64,000 nucleotides of DNA, from NCBI GenBank assembly GCA_964016885.1, contig OZ024741.1, positions 73,842,001 through 73,906,000 of the forward strand, written 5' to 3'. A program made the position numbers and the translations under genes. The notes below the pieces were generated by a model. The model saw nothing but the letters and a program-made list of their open reading frames with translations, did not search any database and was not told where the DNA came from. Below are positions 44,330-57,013 of this stretch, piece by piece. Origin of the DNA: Eledone cirrhosa. Lineage: Eukaryota. How positions within the stretch are numbered: position 1 is the stretch's first letter; each line of letters starts with the position of its first letter.

Positions 44330-46590
44330 TGATGCTAGTGGTGGAAGTGTTGACGGGGTTAGATGCTAGTGGTACTCGTAGTGGTGGTGATGGTGTCGTG
44401 ATGTTGCTGGTGGTGGTGTGGTGGTGTTGCTGGTGGTGGTGTGGTGATGTTGCTGGTGGTGATGTGGTGGTGTTGTTGTGGTGGTGTGATGTTACTGGTG
44501 GTGGTGTGGTGGTGTGGTGATGTGGTGGTGTGGTGGTGTTGTTGGTGGTGGTGTGGTGATGTTGTTGGTGGTGGTGTGGTGGTGGTGTGGTGGTGTTGCT
44601 GGTATGGTGGTGTGGTGGTGTGGTGATGTTGCTGGTGGTGATGTGGTGGTGTTGTTGGTGGTGGTGTAATGTTGCTGGTGGTGGTATGGTGGTGTGGTGG
44701 TGTGGTGGTGTGGTGATATGGTGGTGTGGTGTGGTGGTGTTGTTGGTGGTGGTGGTGTGGTGATGTTGTTGGTGGTGGTGTGATGTTGCTGGTGGTGGTG
44801 TGGTGGTGTTGGTGGTGTGGTGATGTTGCTGGTAGTGGTGTGGTGGTGTGGTGGTGTGGTGTCGTGATGTGGTGGGGTGGTGTGGTGGTGTTGCTGGTGG
44901 TGGTGTGGTGATGCGGTGGTGGTGTGGTGATGTGGTGGTGTGGTGGTGGTGGTGTGGTGGTGTTGCTGGTGGTGGTGTGGTGGTGTTGTTGCTGGTGGTC
45001 TGGTGGAGTGGTGGTGTGGTGATGTTGTGTGGTGGTGGTGGTGGTGGTGGTGGAGTGGCGGTGTTGCCTATGGTTATGGTGGTGGTGGTGTGGTGGTGTT
45101 GCTAGTGGATGGTGGTGGTGGTGGTGGTGTGGCGGTGTTGCTGGTGGTGGTATGGTGGAGTGGTGGTGTGGCGGTGTTGCTGGTGGTGGTGGTGGTGGTG
45201 TGGTGGTGTTGCTGGTGGTGGTGTGGTGGTGTTGTTGCTGGTGGTGTGGTGGAGTGGTGGTGTGGTGATGTTGTGTGGTGGTGGTGGTGGTGGTGGTGGT
45301 GGTGGTGGTGGAGTGGCGGTGTTGCCTATGGTTATGGTGGTGGTGGTGTGGTGGTGTTGCTGGTGGTGGTGTGGTGGTGTTGCTGGTGGATGGTATGGTG
45401 GAGTGGTGGTGTTGCGGTGTGGCTGGTGGTGGTGGTGGTGGTGTGGCGGTGTTGCTGGTGGTGGTATGGTGGAGTGGTGGTGTGGCGGTGTTGCTGGTGG
45501 TGGTGGTGGTGTGGCGGTGTTGCTGGTGGTGGTATGGTGGAGTGGTGGTGTGGCGGTGTTGCTGGTGGTGGTGGTGGTGGTGTAGCGGTGTTGCTGGTGG
45601 TGGTATGGTGGAGTGGTGGTGTGGTGGTGTTGCTGGTGGTGGTGGTGGTGGTGGTGGTGGTGGTGGTGGTGGTGGTGTGGTGGTGTTGCTGGTGTTGCTG
45701 GTGGTGGTGGTGGTGTGGTGATGTTGCTGGTGGTGGTGTGGTGGTGTTGCTGGAGGTGGTATGGTGGAGTGCTGATGTGGCGGTGTTGCTGGTGGTGGTG
45801 GTGGTGTGGCGGTGTTGCTGGTGGTGGTGGTGTGGTGGTGGTGCTGGTGGTGGTGGTGGTGGTGGTGTTGCTGGTGGTGGTGGTGGTGTGGTGGTGTTGC
45901 TGGTGGTGGTATGGTGGAGTGGTGGTGTGGCGGTGTTGCTGGTGGTGGTGGTGGTGGTGTGGCGGTGTTGTAGGTGGTGGTGGTGGTGGTGGTGTGGTGG
46001 TGTTGCTGGTGGTGGTGGTGGTGGTGGTGGTGGTGGTGTGGTGGTGTTGCTGGTGGTGGTGGTGGTGGTGTTGCTGGTGGTGGTGGTGTTGCTGGTGGTG
46101 GTGGTGTGGCGGTGTTGCTGGTGGTGGTATGGTGGAGTGGTGGTGTGGCGGTGTTGCTAGTGGTGGTGGTGGGGGTGTGGCGGTGTTGCTGGTGGTGGTG
46201 GTGGTGGTGTGGCGGTGTTGCTGGTGGTGGTGGTGGTGGTGTGGCGGTGTTGCTGGTGGTGGTGTGGCGGTGTTGCTGGTGGTGGTGGTAGTGGTGTGGT
46301 GGTGGTGGTGTGGCGGTGTTGCTGGTGGTGGTGGTAGTGGTGTGGGGGTGTTGCTGGTGGTGGTGGTGTGGCGGTGTTGCTGGTGGTGGTGGTGGTGGTG
46401 TGGCGGTGTTGCTGGTGGTGGTGGTGGTGGTGGTGTGGCGGTGTTGCTGGTGGTGGTGGTGTGGTGGTGTTGCTGGTGGTGGTGGTGGTGGTGGTGTTGC
46501 TGGTGGTGGTGTGGTGGTGTGGCGGTGTTGTTGGTGGTGGTGTGGTGGTGTGGCGGTGTTGCTGGTGGTGGTGGTGGTGGTGGTGGTAGT
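44330..46590. repeat. About 2.2-kb compound (GGT)n / GGTGT / GTTGCT minisatellite
   Basis: Direct reading. Confidence 0.95.
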
Positions 46591-47198
46591 TGTGTGAAGG
46601 AGAAAAAGAATGGATCTGTGAGAGATTGTGGTCGGTGTATGTGTAGGTGTGTCCGGCGCGTGTGTCTTTCGCGTGTATCTGCGCGCGTGCGTGTCTCTAC
46701 GCGTGCGTGTGCGTTCGTGATAAAAGACACGGTTACATAGCAAACGTGACGGTGTGAAACAAAGTCAGGGAGGGGGAGGAGTGAGAGAAGTGGGGGATGA
46801 TAGATAGGTAGATAGATATGGAGATAGATACATAGATAGATAGATGGAGGGATAGACAAACCGACATAGAGGTAGATAGACAGACAAATTGACATACGAG
46901 ACAGTAACACGCTGAGCAGAGAGAAGAGATAAAATAAAGCCTTATTCTTTTATTATGTGTTCTATCAACGTGACGTTATAAAAGGAACATATACTGAGGA
47001 TGTTGTAATACAAGACATCTAGCGCCCTCTGTGCATCATTGAAAAGTTGTTTTTTATATACGTGACAAACAGCCCCTCCAATATAAGCTTGTAGTGGGTG
47101 TGGTATAAAACAGCTATCATTGATTTAAATACAATACCTTGTAAACTTGGTAAAAGTTACACCTCTAAAATTACATATCTCTCTCTGTCCACTATATA

Positions 47199-47234
<36 letters not shown>

Positions 47235-47236
47235 CG

Positions 47237-47380
47237 ATATTAATAAATGGAAACTATATTTATAAAACCATATTTATTTCATTATACATATTTCAGGAAT
47301 ACCAAATTAAATTATGGTATGCCTTCATCAGACAAAATACAATATATAACAGTTTTACAAATAAGCTTTGACGTACCCTT
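47237..47380 (-). mobile_element. pLTR fragment with hammerhead 47275-47339, same family as 38042-38372
   Basis: UAUUUUGU-CUGAUGA-AGG.AUACCA/UGGUAU.CCU-GAAA-UAUGUA-UA-AUGAAAUA. Confidence 0.75.
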
Positions 47381-47426
47381 TTAAAATGCAACCATTATTT
47401 TTGGAAGCCATTTTAAATAGAACTTT

Positions 47427-47488
<62 letters not shown>

Positions 47489-47492
<4 letters not shown>

Positions 47493-47608
47493 TAAAATGA
47501 ACGAAAGATATACACTTTTATCATCTCTATTTATTTCAATATATATATTTCAAAGATGCAGTTTTATGTAGAACATAAAGCAAAACATGTTCTCCTCAGA
47601 CAAAATAT

Positions 47609-47681
<73 letters not shown>

Positions 47682-47797
47682 TAAAATGAACGAAAGATAT
47701 ACACTTTTATCATCTCTATTTATTTCAATATATATATTTCAAAGATGCAGTTTTATGTAGAACATAAAGCAAAACATGTTCTCCTCAGACAAAATAT

Positions 47798-47804
<7 letters not shown>
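47489..47804 (-). repeat. Tandem duplication (period about 189 bp) of a hammerhead-like unit separated by (TA)n
   Basis: Two identical ~125-bp blocks; minus strand reads UAUUUUGU-CUGAGGA...GAAA-UAUAUA-UA. Confidence 0.75.
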
Positions 47805-47875
<71 letters not shown>

Positions 47876-47989
47876 AGAGCGGGGGAACAGGGGAGAGGGG
47901 AGACGATAATTATATTTTTCTCGCCAAACTACCAAAACACACATCTACTTGTATATGCGCTACAATTTATGTACATGTTATTTAGAGAT

Positions 47990-48660
47990 AGGAGAGATAG
48001 ATATAGATATAGAGAGGGGGGAGTTTGGTGGTAATTGATATAGAGAGAAAGGTTGGGAGAGTTGTGGGATATTAGATATAGATTTGGGGGAGAGATTGAA
48101 GTTTATTGATATAGAGAGGGGGATTGGAAGAGAGTTCAGTGCAGTAGATATACAGAGGGGGATTGGAAGAGAGTTCCGTGTAGTAGATATAGAGAGGAGG
48201 AGAGTTTGGTGTTAATTGATATAGAGAGAGGGATTGGAAGAGAGTTCAGTGCAGTAGATATACAGAGGGGGATTGGAAGAGAGTTCCGTGTAGTAGATAT
48301 AGAGAGGAGGAGAGTTTGGTGTTAATTGATATAGAGAGAGGGATTGGAAGAGAGTTCCGTGTAGTAGATATTGTGAGGGGGAGCGTTTGGTGGTAATGAA
48401 TAGAGGGGATTGATAGACATACGTATTGATATATATAGAGAGTTGGAGAATTTGCTAGTGATGGATAGAGTGAGAGGGAATTAGAGAGAGTGTTGTATGG
48501 TAAATATAGAGAGGGGGATAGTTTGGTGGTAATTGATACAGAGCGTGGTTTGGGAGAGAATTCCATGTAATAAATATAGAGAGGGGGAGAGTTTGGTTTT
48601 AACTAATATAGAGAGGGGTATTGAAAGTGTGTTCCGTGTAGTAGATGTGGTGAGAGGGAT
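47990..48660. repeat. GA-rich minisatellite (about 35-40-bp subunits, about 112-bp higher-order repeat)
   Basis: Repeated gggattggaagagagttc.gtg.agtagatata. Confidence 0.85.
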
Positions 48661-48810
48661 ATATATATATGTGTGTGTGTGTGTGTGTTTAATGGTAGCT
48701 ATGATGCTTCCATAGGCGGTATGCCAGTTGAGCACTCTATGTTCTTACAGAGCAGAGTGTGATATAATATACAACGAAAAATCAGTGATGCATCTGGACT
48801 CAGTTTATTG

Positions 48811-48900
48811 TGTGTTACAATTGTTTCGCCGGCAGATAGCTCGAGACACGATCATTGTATGGATCTGTCTGATTCTAGATCTGCAGGTTCTTCGGACATA
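48811..48900 (-). ncRNA. Hammerhead-like motif with CCGAAGA core and long stem II (relative at 54270-54358)
   Basis: UGU-CCGAAGA-A-CC.GCAGAU...AUCUGC.GG-C-GAAA-CAAUUG-UA-ACA; lies within inverted repeats 48774-48812 / 48929-48968. Confidence 0.65.
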
Positions 48901-49607
48901 GGCAATACTTTTGGAACACATTTTTTCACACAATAAACTGAGTCCAGATGCATCACTGATTTTTCGTTTTATATTATATATATATATATATATATAGTAT
49001 ATATATAGAAATAACATATATATATCGTCAAATCGGACCGAGGAAAAGATGTTTCCGTTGGTCTTTCCAATTGCTAATACTATCTATCAGTCGCAACTTC
49101 AGGTAGAAGGAGAAACGTGAAATAAAGTGTCTTGCTCAAGGATATAACGCATCGCCCAGTCCAAGAATCGAACTGACAGCCTCATGATTGCGAATATATA
49201 TATTTACCTATAATTCAAAGGTTCAGCATTGTCACATATTGTATTATGCTGATTCGGCTATGGAAATACGTTAACATTACATTTGTCTGCGGAATACTCA
49301 CCAACTTGTAACCGTATTTCTAATGAAACATACTCTAATTAATGAAGAATTCTGAGGTATTTACTAAAATTATTATTTTATTACTAAGATAGTAACTTAA
49401 CATACGGTTCTTATCGAATAGAATGTTGGAAGATTTTAATTTAAATAGAAACATTTTAAAATGGGTGGTTTTGTTTCAAAGAACCAGAGCTAGTTTTGGC
49501 CTGGTCGGAAGCAAAAACGTTAATTCACAATTTGATGTTAGAAATCTTACGTATTATTCTCGCAGATTACGTCAATATAGTTAAAACATTATTATTTTTA
49601 CTTTATG

Positions 49608-49806
49608 GTCTGAGTTCAAATCCCGCCGAAGTTAACTTTGCCTTTCATTCTTACAGGATCGATAAAATAAAGTACCAGTAATGTACTGGGTAATTGCTGG
49701 CTTTGTGTCAAACAATTATTTTTACTTTTTTTTTTTCGATAAAATATAGTACCAGTAATGCACTGATTTAATTGCTGGCCTTGTGCCAAAAGTAGAAACA
49801 ATTATT
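49608..49806 (+). mobile_element. SINE S1 with duplicated 3' part
   Basis: Matches S1 consensus. Confidence 0.75.
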
Positions 49807-49969
49807 TTTACTTTTTTTTCAATAAAAATAACTTTATTAATATTTAAAAAAACGGAAAAGGAAGGGAAAGACAAGGGCTCCAGAGTCGCAGAAGACTGGG
49901 AGGGGATGAGGAGGGTGATGGGTTCTGGGCCTTAACTTGAACAAAAAATTGAAACCTCATTATGTAAAT

Positions 49970-50420
49970 CAGAGGTTCTCAAACATTTTGGGTTACCAAC
50001 CTCCTCATGCCCACGTAATACCCCCCCCCCCCATTTCCAGCGAGACCTACTTATACGCAAATTGTAAATAATATATCATAAATAAAATCGTTAATTTATA
50101 TATAATGTTTCTACTTTTGGCACAAGGCCAGCAATTACCCCAGTGCATTACTGGTGCTTTATTTTATTGACCTCGTAAGAATGAAAGGCAAAGTTAACCT
50201 CGGCAGATTTGAACTGAGAAAAATAATATAATATTTACTATGTATAAATAAATATTATATATTTTTTATTTTACTATAATTATATACAATATATATCATG
50301 ATATTTAATATACTATTATGTCATCTCTCACCACTCATCCACCACTCCCTTAGGCCCCAGTGCCCCCTGGACCCTCTCAATGCTCCCGATGGGTGGTAGC
50401 ACCCACTTTGAGAACCTCTG
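49970..50420. mobile_element. hAT-family MITE with a nested SINE S1 (50106-50222, minus)
   Basis: Perfect 14-bp TIR CAGAGGTTCTCAAA / TTTGAGAACCTCTG and perfect 8-bp TSD ATGTAAAT (49962-49969, 50421-50428). Confidence 0.9.
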
Positions 50421-50855
50421 ATGTAAATAGATTGAGGAACCATCATCAATGGAAGCAATATAAATACATGAGCTTTTATGGCGAATCAAAACCGGTTCGG
50501 TGGTTGATTCAGTTAATAACATTTATCTTAACCTAAAGGGATTACAACGTCCCATAACTTTCTTCATATTTCCACTTCTTTATCTTCCTCTTTCTCTCCC
50601 TCTTTGCACCAAGTCTCTTCTAAGTCTGTTCCATTCCACTGCTTGAGAACTCAAACCAATGACTAATTAATATCAAAGTTGTCACTGTTCCAAACACATT
50701 AATGAGAAAAATTAATGGGCTCCATTCAGTCGTCCACACCGCCATTCTTTCTCGAATCTGCACGTATGTGTGTAGGGGGGGGGGTATGAAAGAGAGAGAG
50801 AGAGTGTAGTTTTATATATGTGGATAGGAATATGTGTATGTGTGTGTATATATAC

Positions 50856-50921
<66 letters not shown>

Positions 50922-51829
50922 TGCACCTCCATCGTTTCCGACGACGAGTACGCTTGTTGATTCAATGAAAAGAACAGCCTGCTCGTGAAATTAACGTGCA
51001 AGTGGCTAAGCATTCCACAAACACGTGCACTATTAAGGTGGTTCTCGGGTAATTCAACGTGGCACAGTGAATGATAAGGCTAGGCATTTGAATTACAGGT
51101 ACAACTCATTTTTGTCAAACAATTTAAATATTCATCGTTGGAACTGACGGATGTCCAACATACTGCACTGCATACTTGATGGGGACTGGTTGACTGATGA
51201 ATTTACGTACGAAACGAGAGATTTTTTGAGGATATTTAATAGTCTTAGTTTATCGCCAGTAAAACATTTACAGCGATTAATTTCATGAAAGCCCCACAAC
51301 AGGAGTGGGGAAACTTTTCAGCCTGAAGTGATATTTTTAGCTAAAACAATATAACTACCCGACCCCCGTGGAGATTCCATGGTTTAATTAGAAACAACCA
51401 CCAAGTATTAAAGATCAATATGGCATTTTAAGTGCTTTATTTATAAGTTAAATATATATACAAATCACATATTAACAAATGACTGAAACTCCCAAAATAG
51501 AATATTTTATTCATTTTATATTTTTCCTACACACACACAAATATTTACTAACCCCTATTCTCAGCGTGACAGATTTTTTTACACCATACGTAATCTACTG
51601 TTAACAATTTAATATAATAGATATCAGAGCCACATAATTTATTTAAAACAAAAATACATAGAACATAGAAAACATTAATTTACTTTTCCTGCTCAATGTG
51701 ATTTTTTACTTTGAATCTTAAATTGTTTCAGAGTGTCTAAGCCATAAGGTAACACATAAATTTTAAAAACTTGATTCAGTGGAATGATACGTGATGGTTT
51801 CAGACTCTTGCACTAAAAGAACACTAGGT

Positions 51830-52357
51830 ATTCTGAATTCAAATCCTACGAATTCAAATTCCGGAGTCTATAAAATACAGTACCAGTTAAGTCTTAGGGT
51901 CGATACAATCGACTTTCCTCGTCGCCCAAATTGTTGGATTTTTATGCTAATGCTAGAAATAATTATCAGCTGCGGTATATAGTTACGTCCCTTTACGTTC
52001 AAATTCCACCGAGGTTAGCTTTGCCTTACACCCTTACGGGGCCGATAAAGTAAATTACTTGTAACACACTGGAGTCGATAAAATAAAGTACCAGTTAAAC
52101 ACTGGGGTAAATTTAATCGACTTTCACCTCCCAAAAAAATTGTTGGCCTTGTGCCTAAATCAGAAACCATGGATTGGCAGTATCGGTAGAGGGTCGGCTG
52201 CCATGCTTTGACGTATAGAGTTACGGCCCTTGCTATTCTGAGTTCAAATCCCGCCGAGGTTAACTTTGCCTTTCATCCTTACGGGGTCGATAAAATAAAG
52301 TACCAGTAATGCTCTGGATAATTGCTGGCCTTGTGCCAAAAGTAGAAACAATTATTA
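51830..52357 (+). mobile_element. Cluster of three tandem S1-type SINEs of different ages
   Basis: Best-preserved copy 52170-52357 with A box TGGCAGTATCGG and B box GAGTTCAAATCCC. Confidence 0.8.
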
Positions 52358-52478
52358 TTTGCTAACGCAGAACACTACTAGTTTCTTCCGGTAAGTTTTG
52401 TTGTTCTTTAACTCTCTTATTCCAAAATTAGGGATTATAAAGTCTTACACTATTTCTCGCATTTTCTCTCTCTCTCAC

Positions 52479-52530
<52 letters not shown>

Positions 52531-52625
52531 GCAAAGCAAGTGTGGTAAGGAACCAGGTGGACCATAACGCACCAGAGTACTCGATACTTAGGGTAGTAGA
52601 GTGGGTAATAGGAGAGCCCTATTCC

Positions 52626-52680
<55 letters not shown>

Positions 52681-52682
<2 letters not shown>

Positions 52683-52950
52683 TATTCAAAATATTTATAA
52701 ATGAGAAATATTATCATAACCAAAGTATATATTTTATTATACATATTTTAAAGGTACAATGGTGTTTCAGTACGTTTTCATCAGATAAAATATATAAGAG
52801 ATTGGTTATACGACATACCCCTAAGGTCTTGAATCTTCAATCCCTGTACAGGTAAAAACGTACTGAAACACAATTGTACCTTTGAAATATGTATAATAAA
52901 ATATATACTTTGGTTATGATATTTCTCATTTATTAATATTTTGAATAATA
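52681..52950. repeat. Inverted repeat of a hammerhead-bearing pLTR end (HHR 52726-52795, minus)
   Basis: UAUAUUUUAU-CUGAUGA-AAA.GUAC/GUAC.UUU-(G/A)AAA-UAUGUA-UA-AUAAAAUAUA. Confidence 0.75.
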
Positions 52951-53067
52951 TTATAGATACTCCAGATAAAATTTGTCGAGTGTTTCTAATCTATTGTAAA
53001 ATTGAATTCGTTGAATAATGAATGAACCATATAAACTTTTGGTTATATATATATATATATATATATA

Positions 53068-53600
53068 TACTAGCAGAGGTACCCGGCGTTGCTCGGGTAT
53101 TAAATAGCAGTTATGTATACCATTTATGTCAATACTTCAGTGCTGCTTCGAAAACTATACTTTTACAAAATCATCGGCTTTTTCCCAAAGGGGGTTCCTG
53201 CCCCCAGGGGTCCCCTACTCAATTCACATTCATCTGTAGAACAAACGTAGCACGTGTGTCAAGTTTTGTGAAAATCGGTTGCGAACTCCAGAAGTTATGA
53301 CGTTTTGTAGCATTGCACTGCAGTGCTTCAGTCGACTCCAAGGAAGCGGTTGAAAGGGGTTATCTGCCGGGAGGCCCTATAATCAATATCTGGAAAAATG
53401 AAAGTGCCCATGACCATCCGGAGTACATAAGTAACCTATGTCTTAAGTTTGGGGAAAATACTGTAGAAATGCATAAGGCTTACACACGCGCACGTGCGTG
53501 CGTGTATGTGTGTGCTTGTGTGTGTGTATGTATTTGTGTGTGCGTATGTATATGTATGTGTATGTCCGTCGGCGCATACGTATGTACTGACCTAAATCTT
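53068..53600 (+). mobile_element. Probable non-autonomous Helitron/Helentron-type element
   Basis: Starts after (TA)n with TACTAGCAGAG and hairpin TACCCGG-CGTTG-CTCGGGTA; two internal aagttt.g.gaaaat motifs and a microsatellite; right boundary uncertain. Confidence 0.5.
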
Positions 53601-53954
53601 CACTATTTACTTTTACTTTTAATAACCCCTGTCATTTTCGTTTTCAATTTTATTTACATCATTCTTAAACTCCGGGGCTGGAAATCATTCGGTTATTTTA
53701 AATAGAATATTAGTCTAACGACTCCATTTATACCATAAGCTTGGTCTTGTCTTTGCATGAAATTGTTCTTCTCAGTCCACATAACAACGTATTATCCTCG
53801 CTTTTTTCCGTTCATTGCCAAATTCCGTTCACGAACCAAAATATCGTCTTCCTGTTTTCCTTCGGTTGCAAGGTTTCTCGAAATATTTACAACATTCTTA
53901 CAGACTTTGACTCGAATCGATTTGAAATTGTGCAAATGTATAAACATGGAACAT

Positions 53955-53988
<34 letters not shown>

Positions 53989-54022
53989 CAACAACAACAA
54001 CAACAATCTAGCTTTTATAGAT

Positions 54023-54207
54023 AATTGTTTCTACTTTAGGCACAAGGCCAGCAAATTAACCAGTGCATTACTGGTACTTTATTTTATCGACCCCGTAAGG
54101 ATGAAAGGCAAAGTCAACCTCGGCGGCATTTGAACTCAGATCGTATAGGGACGTAACTATGCTGGAAAGCATGGCGTCCGACCCTTACCGATACTGCCAA
54201 TCCACCA
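54023..54207 (-). mobile_element. SINE S1
   Basis: Matches S1 consensus. Confidence 0.85.
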
Positions 54208-54475
54208 TGATATATATATATAGAATAGAAAACGAAAAATCAGTAATGCATCTGAACTCAATTTATTGTGGGTTACAATTGTTTCGCCAGCGGACAGCTC
54301 GAGACGCGATTATTGTGTGGATCTGGCTGATTCTGGACCCGCGGGTTCGACGGACACGTCTAATGATTTCGGAGCATATTCGTGTGCGCGTGTTGGTGGG
54401 TGTTTAGAGAAAGAAAGAGATATGTGTGTGTTTGTGCGTATATTCTGAGAGAGGGGAGAGAGAGAGAGAGAGAGG

Positions 54476-54507
<32 letters not shown>

Positions 54508-54543
54508 TAGAGAGAAACAGAGAGAGAAAGAGAGAGAGTAGTT

Positions 54544-54574
<31 letters not shown>

Positions 54575-54599
54575 ATATATATATATGTGTGTGTGTGTG

Positions 54600-54642
<43 letters not shown>

Positions 54643-54679
54643 ATGTGTGTATGTATATATATATATGTATGTGTGTGTG

Positions 54680-54754
<75 letters not shown>

Positions 54755-54923
54755 TTTAGTACAGCATTAACGAAGCTTTAGAACACGGCCAAGCTAACGA
54801 ATGCAGAATCGGTCTGTAGCTTTAGCACTCAGATGGGGAAAAGAACCCCAGAGTAATAACAATACGTTGAAACAGCTTATCAAATCAGATATAGCGGTCG
54901 TATATATATATAAGCGAGAGAGA

Positions 54924-54986
<63 letters not shown>

Positions 54987-55278
54987 TGTTTGTGATATGG
55001 AAGCAACAGATTTAACTGGAAAATAAATTGTAACCGTATATGTGTTCTGTAAAAATATCGTCCTAACCAGCAACATCACAGTAATTACCATCACAATCAT
55101 CACTACCATTACCAACAACAACATGCCCATAATCAACACCATCAATTCTAACACCCACCCTCCACCACCATCTGTCGGGGTCTTTCTGCAAGTAATTCTT
55201 AATAGGTTAAGGAAACAAGTTTGCCCCGAATCATAGATAGGGAGAATAAGAGATTATACACACACATGCGCGTATATG

Positions 55279-55475
<197 letters not shown>

Positions 55476-55678
55476 AACCAGTAAGACCCCGACAGCTGAG
55501 CTCAAGCCGTTTCGACGGCTAATTCTGAATTAGCCGTCGAAATTCAGAATTAGCCGTCGAAACGGCTTGAGCTCAGCCGTCGGAGTCCTACTCGTTCCTA
55601 TTACCCACTCTACTACCTCAAGTATTGAGTACTTTGGTGCGTTATGGTCCACCTGGTTCCTTACCACATTTCCTTCGT

Positions 55679-55717
<39 letters not shown>

Positions 55718-56007
55718 CGACACACTGTTATTCATATACACATACATTCAGACAGATAGATACATTGATAGAAAGATATACACAGAAGGGAGGAGAAAGG
55801 AACGATATTTTTCAGAAAAGCCCCATCCCCCTTTTTAAAACCCTACTAATATTTTTATAAGGATAAGGAACCATCAAGTTGTGAAATAGTTCAACTGATG
55901 TGGGCAGCATTTATTGACCTACATTCGGGTTCAGCGCTGCTTCTTGTTTTTTCTTTTGTTTTCTTTCACAGCAAAGTTGTATATATATATTTATATCTAT
56001 AAACATA

Positions 56008-56077
<70 letters not shown>

Positions 56078-56166
56078 TACATACATACATACATACATAC
56101 ATACATACATACATACATACATACATACATACATACATACATACATACATACATACATACATACAT

Positions 56167-56406
56167 TGGAGCTACGGGTTATATACCAACCCGCTTGGAC
56201 CAAAGTATGACTGAACTTGGATTTGCGGACAAAAAGCGCAGCTCCCTAATTCATAGTCTACAAATGGCTGCGATAGCTGGCACCTTCAAAATTTGCAAAA
56301 CATTCTTGCGATTCAAGGGATGACAATTTCTTTTCTTTTACAACCTTGCCACCAGGAAGGTGGCCGGTCAAAAAAAAATATACTCGAAATTAAGAGAAAG
56401 AGATAA
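56167..56406 (+). mobile_element. 3' end of R4/Dong family B between (CATA)n tracts
   Basis: Nearly identical to 43153-43392 (minus). Confidence 0.85.
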
Positions 56407-56480
56407 CATACATACATACATACATACATACATACATACATACATACATACATACATACATACATACATACATACATACA

Positions 56481-56690
56481 TGATGGCTGCAAACTCTGCC
56501 AAGAGTATTGCAATCGCTTGTCAGATTAAGATGTGTGGCGCTCGGATATGGCTTTTCAAGCCTGCTAGAGACTTGCACTCCTTCTCACATTGACGACAAC
56601 AATGGATCTCTCTGGCCTCAGGGCTTACATCAGGTTGCCTGTGAACCTTCACAATGCCGTGGAGATCATAGTTCACTGGTTCTCTTTGAA
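56481..56690 (-). mobile_element. 3' end of an RTE-type LINE with (TGTA)n tail
   Basis: Minus-strand frame HCCRQCEKECKSLAGLKSHIRAPH..* (C-terminal C2H2 finger seen in RTE/BovB-type ORFs), then a 3' stem-loop and CAGCCATCA(TGTA)n. Confidence 0.72.
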
Positions 56691-56740
56691 CATACATTCA
56701 TACATACATACATACATACATACATACATACATACATACA

Positions 56741-56774
<34 letters not shown>

Positions 56775-57013
56775 CATACATACATATATACATACATAAT
56801 ACAGTCAACGCGATCAGTCGCATATTTTGGCGTGAGAGACTATTTATTAAATTTAGGATGAATACTATCTCCGACAGTAATGCCACGACTACAGTCAGGT
56901 TGAATAACTGGTTATTCTTCTAACTATCCCTTCTGAAGACACCTTTTATTCGAATTCGTAGAGATATCCGACTAAATACATAATTCATTTTACAAAGATT
57001 TGCTACAAACAGC

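Noticed and set aside
44359-46910. 794-aa and 602-aa His/Pro/Thr-rich ORFs
   Set aside because: Translations of a (GGT)n-based minisatellite that is open in several frames on both strands
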